Positions 27,658 to 37,255 of a stretch of DNA of 64,000 nt are shown piece by piece (within the stretch, counting starts at the first letter, position 1; the number at the start of each line of letters is the position of its first letter). The translations under genes and the position numbers were made by a program. This DNA is from Clostridia bacterium. GTDB taxonomy: Bacteria; Bacillota; Clostridia; TANB77; CAG-508. The stretch spans positions 4,532 through 68,531 of the forward strand of contig JAFVBS010000014.1 in the NCBI GenBank assembly GCA_017479865.1, in the 5' to 3' direction. The notes below the pieces were generated by a model. It had not been told where the DNA came from. It searched no databases and saw only the letters and a program-made list of their open reading frames with translations.

Positions 27658-29529
27658 ATGACAATGAATTTTTTGAAGTTGTGGGGAAAATATACAAAGC
27701 TAATATTAGGAATTATTGATATTATTATCATTTTTATTTCCTATTGTATTGCACAGGTATTTATCAAAGTAAATTACATTAATATTCATACCGTAATCAC
27801 GCAGCAACTAATTAATTCTGTGTTGGTTTCTATTTTTGTGTATGAAATATTTTTTCATTTATTTGATTTATATAAAAATATTACAAGCTATGAGGGCGCC
27901 AAGGAATATTTTTGCTATGCCTTAGCTTGCATGGTTTCTTGTGATATTGTTTCTATGTTAGGCATTCTATTAAACCTAAATCTAGTCACACCAAAGCAAC
28001 ATATATTAGCAGGCATTTTTGCTTCTATCATACTAGTATCTTACAGGGTTATCATACGTTTTTTATTAACCAATAAAATTACCAAAGGTCCAGAACTAGA
28101 AAGAAAAAATCTTCTAATTATTGGGGGAGGAGAAGCTGCCACTGATATTGTAAAAAGCATTAAGGCACATCAAATGGATCACTACGATATTGTTGGAATT
28201 ATTGACGATAACTCTAAAAAGAAAAATCGTAATATTAGTGGTGCAAGAGTAATTGGAAATCGCAATGATATTGTCAAGGCTTGCAAAGAGAGAAAAGTTG
28301 ATATTATTTTCTTTGCAATTTCTAATATTTCCGCGAAAGATAGAAAAGAAATTTTGGCTATCTGTCAAGAAACAGGAATTAAATTAAGGGTTCTTCCTGG
28401 ACTTCAGGATTTAATCAACGAAAAAAACATTTTACAAAGCTTAAGAGATGTAGAAATAGAAGATATTTTAGGAAGGGAACCTATTGTATTAGATAACCAA
28501 AATATTGCCACGTTAATTAAAAACCAAGTTATTATGATTACAGGGGCAGGAGGTTCTATTGGCTCAGAACTATGCAGACAAATTGCAAAATTTGAACCAA
28601 AAGAAATGGTGCTTTTGGATATTTATGAAAACAATTTATACGATATAGAATTAGAATTAAAAGAACAATATAAAAATATCAAAATAGATGCAGTGATCGC
28701 AAGCATTCGTGATAAAAATAAAATGGACAAGGTATTTGAAACATATAAACCTTATCTAGTATTCCACGCAGCAGCACATAAACATGTTCCACTAATGGAA
28801 GGAAGCCCATTAGAAGCAATTAAAAACAATGTATTTGGAACCTATCATGTGGTAAATTGTTGCGATAAGTATCATGTGAAGAGATTTGTTTTGGTCTCTA
28901 CTGATAAAGCAGTTAATCCAACCAATATTATGGGCGCAACCAAAAGAATGTGCGAAATGATTATTCAAGCAAAGGATAAAGTGAGTGAAACAGAGTTTGT
29001 TGCAGTTCGTTTTGGTAATGTATTGGGTAGCAATGGGTCAGTTGTTCCTTTATTCAAAAAACAGATTGCCAAGGGAGGACCCGTTACTGTAACCCATAAA
29101 GAGATTACAAGATTTTTTATGACCATTCCAGAAGCAGTACAATTGATATTACAAGCTACTACTTATGCAAAAGGTGGAGAAATTTTTGTACTTGATATGG
29201 GAGAACCAGTTAAAATTTATGACTTGGCAGTCAGCTTAATCAAATTGTCTGGCTTAGAGCCTAATGTGGATATTCCAATTGAAATTACAGGCTTGCGTCC
29301 GGGAGAAAAGCTATATGAAGAAATTTTGATGGCAGAAGAAGGGTTAAAGAGCACAGAACATGACAAAATATTTATTGCAAAGCCATCAAAAATAACAATG
29401 GAACAGCTAGAAAAGAAATTAGATGTGTTAAGAGAAACCATTCAAGATGAAAATATTTCATTAAAGAATATTAAACAAAATATGAAGGCAGCAGTGCCAA
29501 CTTATCAAGAAGAAAAAAGAAGTGAGTAG
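27658..29529 (+). CDS. Membrane-bound CapD/PglF-type UDP-N-acetylglucosamine 4,6-dehydratase
   Basis: 623 aa with four N-terminal TM helices and two Rossmann regions (IIGGGEAA; ITGAGGSIGSEL). It also has the SDR-type dehydratase motifs STDKAVNPTNIMGATK. Confidence 0.85.
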   Translation: MTMNFLKLWGKYTKLILGIIDIIIIFISYCIAQVFIKVNYINIHTVITQQLINSVLVSIFVYEIFFHLFDLYKNITSYEGAKEYFCYALACMVSCDIVSMLGILLNLNLVTPKQHILAGIFASIILVSYRVIIRFLLTNKITKGPELERKNLLIIGGGEAATDIVKSIKAHQMDHYDIVGIIDDNSKKKNRNISGARVIGNRNDIVKACKERKVDIIFFAISNISAKDRKEILAICQETGIKLRVLPGLQDLINEKNILQSLRDVEIEDILGREPIVLDNQNIATLIKNQVIMITGAGGSIGSELCRQIAKFEPKEMVLLDIYENNLYDIELELKEQYKNIKIDAVIASIRDKNKMDKVFETYKPYLVFHAAAHKHVPLMEGSPLEAIKNNVFGTYHVVNCCDKYHVKRFVLVSTDKAVNPTNIMGATKRMCEMIIQAKDKVSETEFVAVRFGNVLGSNGSVVPLFKKQIAKGGPVTVTHKEITRFFMTIPEAVQLILQATTYAKGGEIFVLDMGEPVKIYDLAVSLIKLSGLEPNVDIPIEITGLRPGEKLYEEILMAEEGLKSTEHDKIFIAKPSKITMEQLEKKLDVLRETIQDENISLKNIKQNMKAAVPTYQEEKRSE

Positions 29530-29546
29530 AGGAAAGAAGGCATATT

Positions 29547-30755
29547 ATGAAAATGAATATTCCATTTTCACCACCAGATATTGGGGAAGAAGAAATTAAA
29601 GAAGTAACAGAAGCTTTAAGATCCGGTTGGATTACAACAGGACCCAAAACGAAAGAATTTGAAAAAGAAATTGCAAATTTTTGTCATACAGAAAAAGCAG
29701 TTTGCTTAAACTCAGCAACAGCAGCATTAGAATTAACATTGAGAGTACTAGGAATTGGAGAAGGAGACGAGGTTATTACTTCTAGCTATACTTATACAGC
29801 ATCCGCTAGTCCAATAGCACATGTAGGAGCAAAAATTGTCTTAGTAGATGTGAAAAAAGATTCGTGGGAAATGGATTATGAGCAACTGGCTAATAGCATT
29901 ACAGAGAAAACAAAAGCAATTATTCCGGCAGATATTGCAGGAATTTTATGCGATTATAATAAAATATTTAAAATTGTAGAAGAAAAGAAGGATTTATTCC
30001 AAGCAAGCAACGAAATTCAGAAGATATATAACAGAATTGTTGTAGTGGCAGACTGTGCACATGGCTTTGGAGCACAACAAAATGGAAAACTGGCAGGAGA
30101 ACTTGCGGATTTTACGACATTTTCTTTCCATGCAGTTAAAAACTTAACAACAGCAGAAGGAGGAGCTGCTACATGGAAAAAGAAGGAAGGGTTGGATAAC
30201 GAAGAAATTTATCATCAATATCAACTATTATCTTTGCATGGACAAACCAAAGATGCTTTACATAAAAATGGATTAGGCGCATGGGAGTATGATATTGTTG
30301 CTCCATATTACAAATGTAATATGACAGATATTATGGCTGGAATTGGTTTAGCTCAAATGAAAAGATATCCTGACTTATTAAAAAGAAGGCAAGAAATAAT
30401 TGTTAAATACAACAAAGCTTTTGCTGACTTACCAATTGATCTATTAAATCATCATGATGAAAATCATACATCTTCAGGACATTTATATTTTACCAGGATC
30501 AAGGGCATTACTGAACAACAAAGAAATGAAATTATTATCAAAATGGCAGAACAGGGAATTGCTTGCAATGTGCACTACAAACCACTTCCAATGTTAACGG
30601 CTTATAAGAACCTAGGATTTGATATTAATCATTATCCAAATGCCTATGACTTTTATCATAATGAAATTACATTACCACTTTATACAAAACTAACGGATGA
30701 ACAGATAGACTATATTATTGAAAACTTTAAGAACATAGTAAGGGAGTTTATATGA
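29547..30755 (+). CDS. DegT/DnrJ/EryC1/StrS-family (PglE/WcfR-like) sugar 4-aminotransferase
   Basis: 402 aa. It has IPFSPPDIGEEEI..GWITTGPK, and the PLP-Lys context FSFHAVKNLTTAEGG. Confidence 0.85.
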   Translation: MKMNIPFSPPDIGEEEIKEVTEALRSGWITTGPKTKEFEKEIANFCHTEKAVCLNSATAALELTLRVLGIGEGDEVITSSYTYTASASPIAHVGAKIVLVDVKKDSWEMDYEQLANSITEKTKAIIPADIAGILCDYNKIFKIVEEKKDLFQASNEIQKIYNRIVVVADCAHGFGAQQNGKLAGELADFTTFSFHAVKNLTTAEGGAATWKKKEGLDNEEIYHQYQLLSLHGQTKDALHKNGLGAWEYDIVAPYYKCNMTDIMAGIGLAQMKRYPDLLKRRQEIIVKYNKAFADLPIDLLNHHDENHTSSGHLYFTRIKGITEQQRNEIIIKMAEQGIACNVHYKPLPMLTAYKNLGFDINHYPNAYDFYHNEITLPLYTKLTDEQIDYIIENFKNIVREFI

Positions 30756-31450
30756 TTTTCAAAAAGTGGGATGCAATACCAGAAAACTTAAAAAATGAAG
30801 AAACAAAGAAATATTATGATATTCTTTCTAGAAAAAAAATACAATTATGCTTGAAAAGAATATTTGATTTTATGATATCTTTTATTATGCTAATTTTATT
30901 ATCACCTTTTTTGCTTATTATGGCAATCATCATTAAAATTGATTCAAAAGGCCCAGTATTTTACAGGCAAGAAAGAATAACACAATATGGTAGAATGTTT
31001 AAAATTTTTAAGTTTCGAACCATGGTACAAAATGCAGATAAAATAGGAAGTTTAGTAACACTAGGAGAGGATCCAAGGATTACAAGGGTTGGCAAGAAAA
31101 TAAGAAAATATCGTATTGATGAAATCCCTCAATTAATTAATATTTTGATGGGAGACATGTCTTTTGTAGGAACAAGACCAGAGGTAAAAAAATACACAGA
31201 CTTATATACTGATGAAATGAAAGCAACTTTGCTTATGCCAGCAGGAGTAACCTCAAGAGCAAGTATTGAATATAAGGATGAAGATCAAATGATTAATACT
31301 TACCTAAATAAAGGTGAAAAAGTAGATGACATCTATGTTAACAGAGTTTTACCAGAAAAAATGAAATGGAACTTGAAATATATTGAAGAATTTAATATAT
31401 TGAAAGATATCAAAATTATGTTAGATACAGTGATAGGAGTAATGAAATAA
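30752..31450 (+). CDS. Small monotopic phosphoglycosyl transferase (PglC/WcfS-type initiating sugar transferase)
   Basis: 232 aa with one re-entrant helix. It has GPVFYRQERI...FKIFKFRTM and DEIPQLINILMGDMSFVGTRP. Confidence 0.88.
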   Translation: MIFKKWDAIPENLKNEETKKYYDILSRKKIQLCLKRIFDFMISFIMLILLSPFLLIMAIIIKIDSKGPVFYRQERITQYGRMFKIFKFRTMVQNADKIGSLVTLGEDPRITRVGKKIRKYRIDEIPQLINILMGDMSFVGTRPEVKKYTDLYTDEMKATLLMPAGVTSRASIEYKDEDQMINTYLNKGEKVDDIYVNRVLPEKMKWNLKYIEEFNILKDIKIMLDTVIGVMK

Positions 31451-31465
31451 AAGGGAGGAACGGCT

Positions 31466-32209
31466 TTGGAAGATTTAGTGTCTATTGTAACACCTACGTA
31501 TAACTGTGCTAAATTTATAGCAGAGACGATAGATTCTGTATTACAACAAACTTATTCAAATTGGGAAATGATTATTGTTGATGATGCTTCAAAAGACAAT
31601 ACAGAAGAAATAGTAAAAAGATATGATGATAATAGAATTAAATATATTCGATTAGAAGAAAATGGTGGGGCTGCTGTTGCAAGAAATACAGCGATGCGTG
31701 AAGCAAAAGGAAAATATATTGCATTTCTTGATAGTGATGATTTGTGGAAGCCTGAAAAATTAGAAAAGCAAATTGCATTTATGAAACAACATAATTATAA
31801 CATTACAGCCACTGATTATGAACAAATTAGTGAAGAGGGAGAGTCACTTCACAAAATTATTAGAACAAAGAAAAAAGTAAATTATAATGGAATTTTGCTA
31901 AGTTGTCCTGTGGGAAATTCAACAGTAATGTATAATGTAGAAAATTTAGGAAAATTTGAAGTGCCTAATATTAGAAAACGCAATGATGATGCTTTATGGC
32001 TTCAAATGTTAAAAAAAGAAAAATATATTTATGGAATGCCAGAAGTATTAATGAAATATAGAGTAAGGGCCAACTCTATTTCAAGCAAAAAGATAGATTT
32101 GGTAAAATATCACTGGTATTTGTATAGAAAAATAGAGCACCTGTCGTTCATTAGATCAACATTTCATATATTTTGGTGGGGAGCGATTAAAATTTTACAT
32201 ATCAAGTAG
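31466..32209 (+). CDS. Family 2 glycosyltransferase
   Basis: TTG start after AAGGGAGG. It has VSIVTPTYN and the DD/DSDD motifs. Confidence 0.8.
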   Translation: MEDLVSIVTPTYNCAKFIAETIDSVLQQTYSNWEMIIVDDASKDNTEEIVKRYDDNRIKYIRLEENGGAAVARNTAMREAKGKYIAFLDSDDLWKPEKLEKQIAFMKQHNYNITATDYEQISEEGESLHKIIRTKKKVNYNGILLSCPVGNSTVMYNVENLGKFEVPNIRKRNDDALWLQMLKKEKYIYGMPEVLMKYRVRANSISSKKIDLVKYHWYLYRKIEHLSFIRSTFHIFWWGAIKILHIK

Positions 32210-32220
32210 GAGGAAGTGCT

Positions 32221-33006
32221 GTGAAAGTTCAGGTTCTAGTGGCAACAATGAATCAAGAAAATATAGAAGAATTATTAAATAATATAAATATTTCAACGGA
32301 AGCAATTATTGCAAATCAAACCAATAATTTTTCGTACAATTACTTAATGCATAAACAAAAAAAGATAGATATATATAATTTTAATGAAAGAGGAGTGGGC
32401 TTAAATAGAAATAATGCCTTAATGAGAGCAAATGCTGATATTGTATTATTTGCAGATGACGATATAGAATACAGGGATGGATACGAACAAATAATATTAG
32501 ATGAGTTTAGGAATAATCCTAAAGCTGATATGATATTTTTTAATTTATGTAATAATGATGATTTACGAACCAGATATATGATAAAAAAATGCAGAAGAGT
32601 ACATAGATACAATTGCTTAAGATATGGTGCAGTGAGGATTGCCGTTAAATTAGATAAGATAAAAGAAAATAATATATTTTTTTCGTTGCTATTTGGTGGT
32701 GGAGCAAAATATGGATCGGGAGAAGACAGTATTTTTATCTATGATTGTATTAAATCTGGATTAAAGGCATATTCATCTCCAAAGGAAATACTCACGCTAA
32801 AGGAAAGTGAATCGACATGGTTTAAAGGATATAACGAAAAATATTTTTATGATAAAGGAGCATTGCTTAGATGTATATTTGGTAAAAAAGCAAGAATTGT
32901 AATATTTTTATTTATATTAAAGCATTATAAAAATATGATAAAGGTTGGAATTAATAAGGCATATCGACAAATGATTAAAGGATATAAAGAGTTTTCCAGC
33001 AAATAA
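32221..33006 (+). CDS. GT-A-fold glycosyltransferase (putative)
   Basis: GTG start after AGGAGGAAG. It has VLVATMNQ... and FADDDIEY. Confidence 0.6.
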   Translation: MKVQVLVATMNQENIEELLNNINISTEAIIANQTNNFSYNYLMHKQKKIDIYNFNERGVGLNRNNALMRANADIVLFADDDIEYRDGYEQIILDEFRNNPKADMIFFNLCNNDDLRTRYMIKKCRRVHRYNCLRYGAVRIAVKLDKIKENNIFFSLLFGGGAKYGSGEDSIFIYDCIKSGLKAYSSPKEILTLKESESTWFKGYNEKYFYDKGALLRCIFGKKARIVIFLFILKHYKNMIKVGINKAYRQMIKGYKEFSSK

Positions 33007-33024
33007 CATGGAGGAAATAAAAAT

Positions 33025-34248
33025 ATGGTTATATATATAGAAATTATTGCTATTATGTTATTGGCTATATTTTTGGATGAAGAAAAATTTAAAAAATATG
33101 GTATACCGATAATATTTATTTCATTAATACTCATAGTTGGTTCGAGAAATTACCTGGGACTAGATGATGTGAATTATATTGAAGTTTATAATAACGTGAG
33201 TATGGGTAATTTATCGGAGACCAGAAATATGGAGCAGACATACATATGGATATCGAAGATTCTTTCAATGATGGGATTGAATTATAAGGCATTATTTTTA
33301 CTATATTCTGCATTAACTTTCTTTTTTATAGCAAGTGCCTTAAAAAAACTTGAACTTAAAAAATATAAATATGTTTTATTTTTATTATCATATCTTGCTT
33401 TTAACTTTTTTCCGTTTTTAACAACAATGCGCCAAGCTCTAGCTATGAGTATGGTATTTTTAGCAGCAGTTTTATGTTATAAAAATAAAATAGTGAAATC
33501 TATGATACTTGTTGTTGTTGCTGGTTTTTTTCATAATAGTGCTTGGCTAACATTACCATTTATACTTCTATTCGTAAAAAACGTAAAAATAAATAAAACA
33601 ATAAAGATATTTATTCCAATTATTTGCTTAATAATAAGTAAGACTAACATGATTTACTTTATTGTTGAAAAACTTAATGATATATTAAAACTTGGATATG
33701 ATAGTTATATTTTAAGTATAAAAGAAACTGGATTTATCACAAAGGGAATTGTTACTACGATTATGTTTTTATTATATGCAAGTCAATGCTTTATCAATAA
33801 CATTACTCAGTTAAAAACAGATATTATTACGCAAGATAATAATAATAAAGAGATAGCTGATGTAAACAAGATGGCTTTTCTTCAAAGACAAAAAGATATA
33901 ATATATAATAAATTGATTAAGCATATAAAAAAATGGTTTATATGCAATGACAAAGAAACAGAAAATGAAAAAGATGAATTTTTTGAAAAAGGAGAATTAT
34001 TATTCTTTTCAATATTTATATTGACATATAGATTGGGATTTATAGCACGATTTGCCTATTATTTTATTATATATGAAAATTTTATATTATTAAATATAAT
34101 AGAAAAATTAAAAGAAGAAAAAATAAAAAAAGTGGCAATAGCAATTGCCTTGATAATGTTAGTATTATTAGATATATACACAATAAACACAACAACTCTA
34201 GCGGGAAATTTAAGTTTTGATAATTTTTCGTTTAATATTATATTTTAG
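33025..34248 (+). CDS. EpsG-family / Wzy-type repeat-unit polymerase
   Basis: 407 aa with about 11 TM helices and an EpsG-like N-terminus (GSRNYLGLDDVNYIEVY). It is extremely AT-rich. Confidence 0.6.
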   Translation: MVIYIEIIAIMLLAIFLDEEKFKKYGIPIIFISLILIVGSRNYLGLDDVNYIEVYNNVSMGNLSETRNMEQTYIWISKILSMMGLNYKALFLLYSALTFFFIASALKKLELKKYKYVLFLLSYLAFNFFPFLTTMRQALAMSMVFLAAVLCYKNKIVKSMILVVVAGFFHNSAWLTLPFILLFVKNVKINKTIKIFIPIICLIISKTNMIYFIVEKLNDILKLGYDSYILSIKETGFITKGIVTTIMFLLYASQCFINNITQLKTDIITQDNNNKEIADVNKMAFLQRQKDIIYNKLIKHIKKWFICNDKETENEKDEFFEKGELLFFSIFILTYRLGFIARFAYYFIIYENFILLNIIEKLKEEKIKKVAIAIALIMLVLLDIYTINTTTLAGNLSFDNFSFNIIF

Positions 34249-34256
34249 GAGTAAGT

Positions 34257-35204
34257 ATGATAAAAATTAGTATTATAGTTCCAGTATATAATGTAGAACA
34301 ATATTTAGCAAGATGCTTAGACTCATTAGTAAATCAAACTATGCAAGAAATTGAGATAATAGTAGTTAACGATGGCTCAACTGATAATTCAGAGAAAATT
34401 ATAGAAAAATATAAACAAAAATATAGCAATATTATATACTATGTAAAAGAAAATGGAGGACTTTCAGATGCAAGAAATTATGGCTTATATAGAGCAAAAG
34501 GAGAGTATATTATATTTGTTGACTCCGACGACTTAATAGAAACAAGCACTTGTCAAGAGCTGTACCAAAAGGTCACTAAGCATAATTTAGATATATTAAA
34601 ATTTAATTATTATGATGAAAAGAACAATAGAAATGGTCTTAATGAGAGATTAAATTATTTAAATAAATTATACACGGGTGAAGAATATTTAAAACAAGTT
34701 TTGTCTCAAGGAGAAGTTTCAATAGTAGCTTGGAATGCAATATATAAAAGAGAATTTTTACAACAAAATAATTTTTGGTTTAAAAAAGGTATTTTGCATG
34801 AGGATGAGTTGTGGACACCACAAGTAATGATAAAAGCAAAAAGAATTATGCAAATTCCAGAGGTTTATTATTATTATAAATCTAATCCAACATCCATAAC
34901 TGCCAAAAAAGATAAAACAAAAAATGCATTAGATATTATAAATTCTTGTTATGAATTAGATAATGTATACAAAGATATATATGATAAAAAATTAAAGAAA
35001 ATGTTAGAAAATACATTAGTAACAAAATATCTAGAGGCCTTTGTCATGGGAAAATTATATAGAAATGAGACAATAAAATATGTTAAGAAACAATTTCTTG
35101 TAAAAAAAAGCTATACATTAAGAAATAAATTAAAGGTTGCGTTATTTTTGATAAGTGATAAACTTTATTATAAATTGAATGTGATGAAAAATAAGGAGAA
35201 GTAA
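34257..35204 (+). CDS. Family 2 glycosyltransferase
   Basis: ISIIVPVYNVEQYLARCLDSLVNQT..IIVVNDGSTDNS and FVDSDD. Confidence 0.85.
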   Translation: MIKISIIVPVYNVEQYLARCLDSLVNQTMQEIEIIVVNDGSTDNSEKIIEKYKQKYSNIIYYVKENGGLSDARNYGLYRAKGEYIIFVDSDDLIETSTCQELYQKVTKHNLDILKFNYYDEKNNRNGLNERLNYLNKLYTGEEYLKQVLSQGEVSIVAWNAIYKREFLQQNNFWFKKGILHEDELWTPQVMIKAKRIMQIPEVYYYYKSNPTSITAKKDKTKNALDIINSCYELDNVYKDIYDKKLKKMLENTLVTKYLEAFVMGKLYRNETIKYVKKQFLVKKSYTLRNKLKVALFLISDKLYYKLNVMKNKEK

Positions 35205-35205
35205 A

Positions 35206-36300
35206 ATGAAAATATTATTTGCCATAGATACTATGACAAAGGGCGGGGCAGAAAGAGTAATTTCAAATTTATCAAATTACTTAATAGAAGATAATAAAGT
35301 TGAAATATTGACATTACTTGATAGAGAATGTGCATATGAATTAAATGAAAAAATTAAATTTCATTCTCTCAAAATTTCGGAAAAGAAGAAAAATATTTTT
35401 GAAAAAGTAATTTATACATTAAAAAATGTAAAAAAATATATCAAACAAATTGAACAAATAGAGCCAGATATCATAATATCCTTTTTACCAAGGTCTTCTT
35501 ATTATGCAATAATTGCATCTATGAAAAATAAAATTAAAATACTTGTTTCAGAAAGAAATGATCCAAATGAGGAATACAAAAATGCTGTAGATAGGCTCTT
35601 GATGAATATATTATATAAAAGAGCCACTGGATTTATTTTTCAAACTGAACAAGCACAGCATTATTATAATAAAAAGATACAGCAAAGATCAGTTATTATT
35701 CCAAATCCAATTGATGAAAAATTTTTATGTGAGCCTTACAAACATAATCGTAGAGATGAAATTGTCACTGCAGGAAGGCTAACAGAACAAAAAAATCAAA
35801 TAATGTTAATAAACGCATTTGAAATTGTAAAACAGAAATATCCACAATATATTTTAAAAATATATGGAGATGGACCATTGAAAGATGAATTACAAGAAAT
35901 TATTTTTGATAAAAAGCTTGAAAAGAGTGTATTTTTATCTGGAATTACAAATAATCTTAAAGAAGATATATATGAATCCGGTATTTTTGTAATGTCTTCT
36001 AATTATGAAGGTATGCCGAATGCACTAATGGAGGCTATGGCTATGGGAATACCTGTTGTATCTACAGATTGCCCATGTGGAGGACCAAAATTTTTAATAG
36101 GTAATAACGAAAATGGGTTATTAGTAAAAGTGAATGACACAAACAATATGGCTAATGCCATAATTAGGCTTATTGATGATAAAGATTTAGCCCAACAACT
36201 ATCAAACAATGCACATAAAAAACTGGAAACTATGCATCCAAATATAATTAATGATAAATGGAAAAAATATATATATTCTATAGAAAATAATAACAACTAA
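35206..36300 (+). CDS. Family 4 (GT-B) glycosyltransferase
   Basis: EGMPNALMEAMAMGIPVVSTDCPCGGPKFLI, an E-x7-E-type motif. Confidence 0.85.
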   Translation: MKILFAIDTMTKGGAERVISNLSNYLIEDNKVEILTLLDRECAYELNEKIKFHSLKISEKKKNIFEKVIYTLKNVKKYIKQIEQIEPDIIISFLPRSSYYAIIASMKNKIKILVSERNDPNEEYKNAVDRLLMNILYKRATGFIFQTEQAQHYYNKKIQQRSVIIPNPIDEKFLCEPYKHNRRDEIVTAGRLTEQKNQIMLINAFEIVKQKYPQYILKIYGDGPLKDELQEIIFDKKLEKSVFLSGITNNLKEDIYESGIFVMSSNYEGMPNALMEAMAMGIPVVSTDCPCGGPKFLIGNNENGLLVKVNDTNNMANAIIRLIDDKDLAQQLSNNAHKKLETMHPNIINDKWKKYIYSIENNNN

Positions 36301-36322
36301 AATTGTTAAAAAGGGAGAAAAA

Positions 36323-37255
36323 ATGATAAAGTTAAATGAGATGATACATTATATATTAAATCCTAAATCTATGTTATTAAAACTAGACAATAGAAGGATA
36401 ATTACTCTAAACGATAAGAAATATCTAAATATTGTATATGAGAACGCTTTTAATAAAACAATAAATTGGAATAATCCACAAACATTCAATGAAAAACTAC
36501 AATGGCTCAAATTATATGATAGAAATCCTGAGTATACAAAAATGGTGGACAAATATGAGGCAAAAAAATATGTGGCTGACATTATTGGAGAAGAATATAT
36601 TATTCCAACATTAGGTGTATGGGAAAGATTTGAGAATATTAATTTTGAAGAATTACCAAATCAATTTGTACTCAAATGTACTCATGATTCTGGGGGATTG
36701 GTAATATGCAAGGATAAAAAAGAGTTTAATATAGATAAGGCCAGAAGAAAAATAAATGAATGCATGAAAAAAAACTACTATTACGCAGGAAGAGAATGGC
36801 CATATAAAAATGTAGAACCTAGAATTATAGCAGAAAAATATATGGTAGAGGAAAATAGTGAAGAACTAAAAGACTATAAATTTTTATGCTTTAATGGAAA
36901 AGTTAAATGCTCTTTTGTATGCACAGAAAGATATTCAAAGGAAGGACTGAAAGTTACATTTTTTGATTTAGATTGGAATAGAATGCCATTTCAAAGACAC
37001 TATCCTGCATCAGAAAAACCAATTAATAAACCAATAAATTATGAACAAATGATTCAAATTTCAGAAACATTATCTAAAAACGTACCATTTGTTAGGGTAG
37101 ACCTATATGAAATAAATAATAAAGTGTATTTTGGAGAGTTAACATTCTTTCCTGGATGTGGATTCGAAGAATTTACACCAGAAGATTGGGATAAAAAATT
37201 AGGAGATTGGATACAATTACCTGATATAAAATTAGAGGAATCATATGAGAAGTAA
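36323..37255 (+). CDS. TupA-like ATP-grasp amidoligase family protein
   Basis: NPQTFNEKLQWLKLYDRNPEYTKMVDKYEAKKYV, FVLKCTHDSGG and VRVDLYEINNKVYFGELTFFPG. Confidence 0.75.
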   Translation: MIKLNEMIHYILNPKSMLLKLDNRRIITLNDKKYLNIVYENAFNKTINWNNPQTFNEKLQWLKLYDRNPEYTKMVDKYEAKKYVADIIGEEYIIPTLGVWERFENINFEELPNQFVLKCTHDSGGLVICKDKKEFNIDKARRKINECMKKNYYYAGREWPYKNVEPRIIAEKYMVEENSEELKDYKFLCFNGKVKCSFVCTERYSKEGLKVTFFDLDWNRMPFQRHYPASEKPINKPINYEQMIQISETLSKNVPFVRVDLYEINNKVYFGELTFFPGCGFEEFTPEDWDKKLGDWIQLPDIKLEESYEK

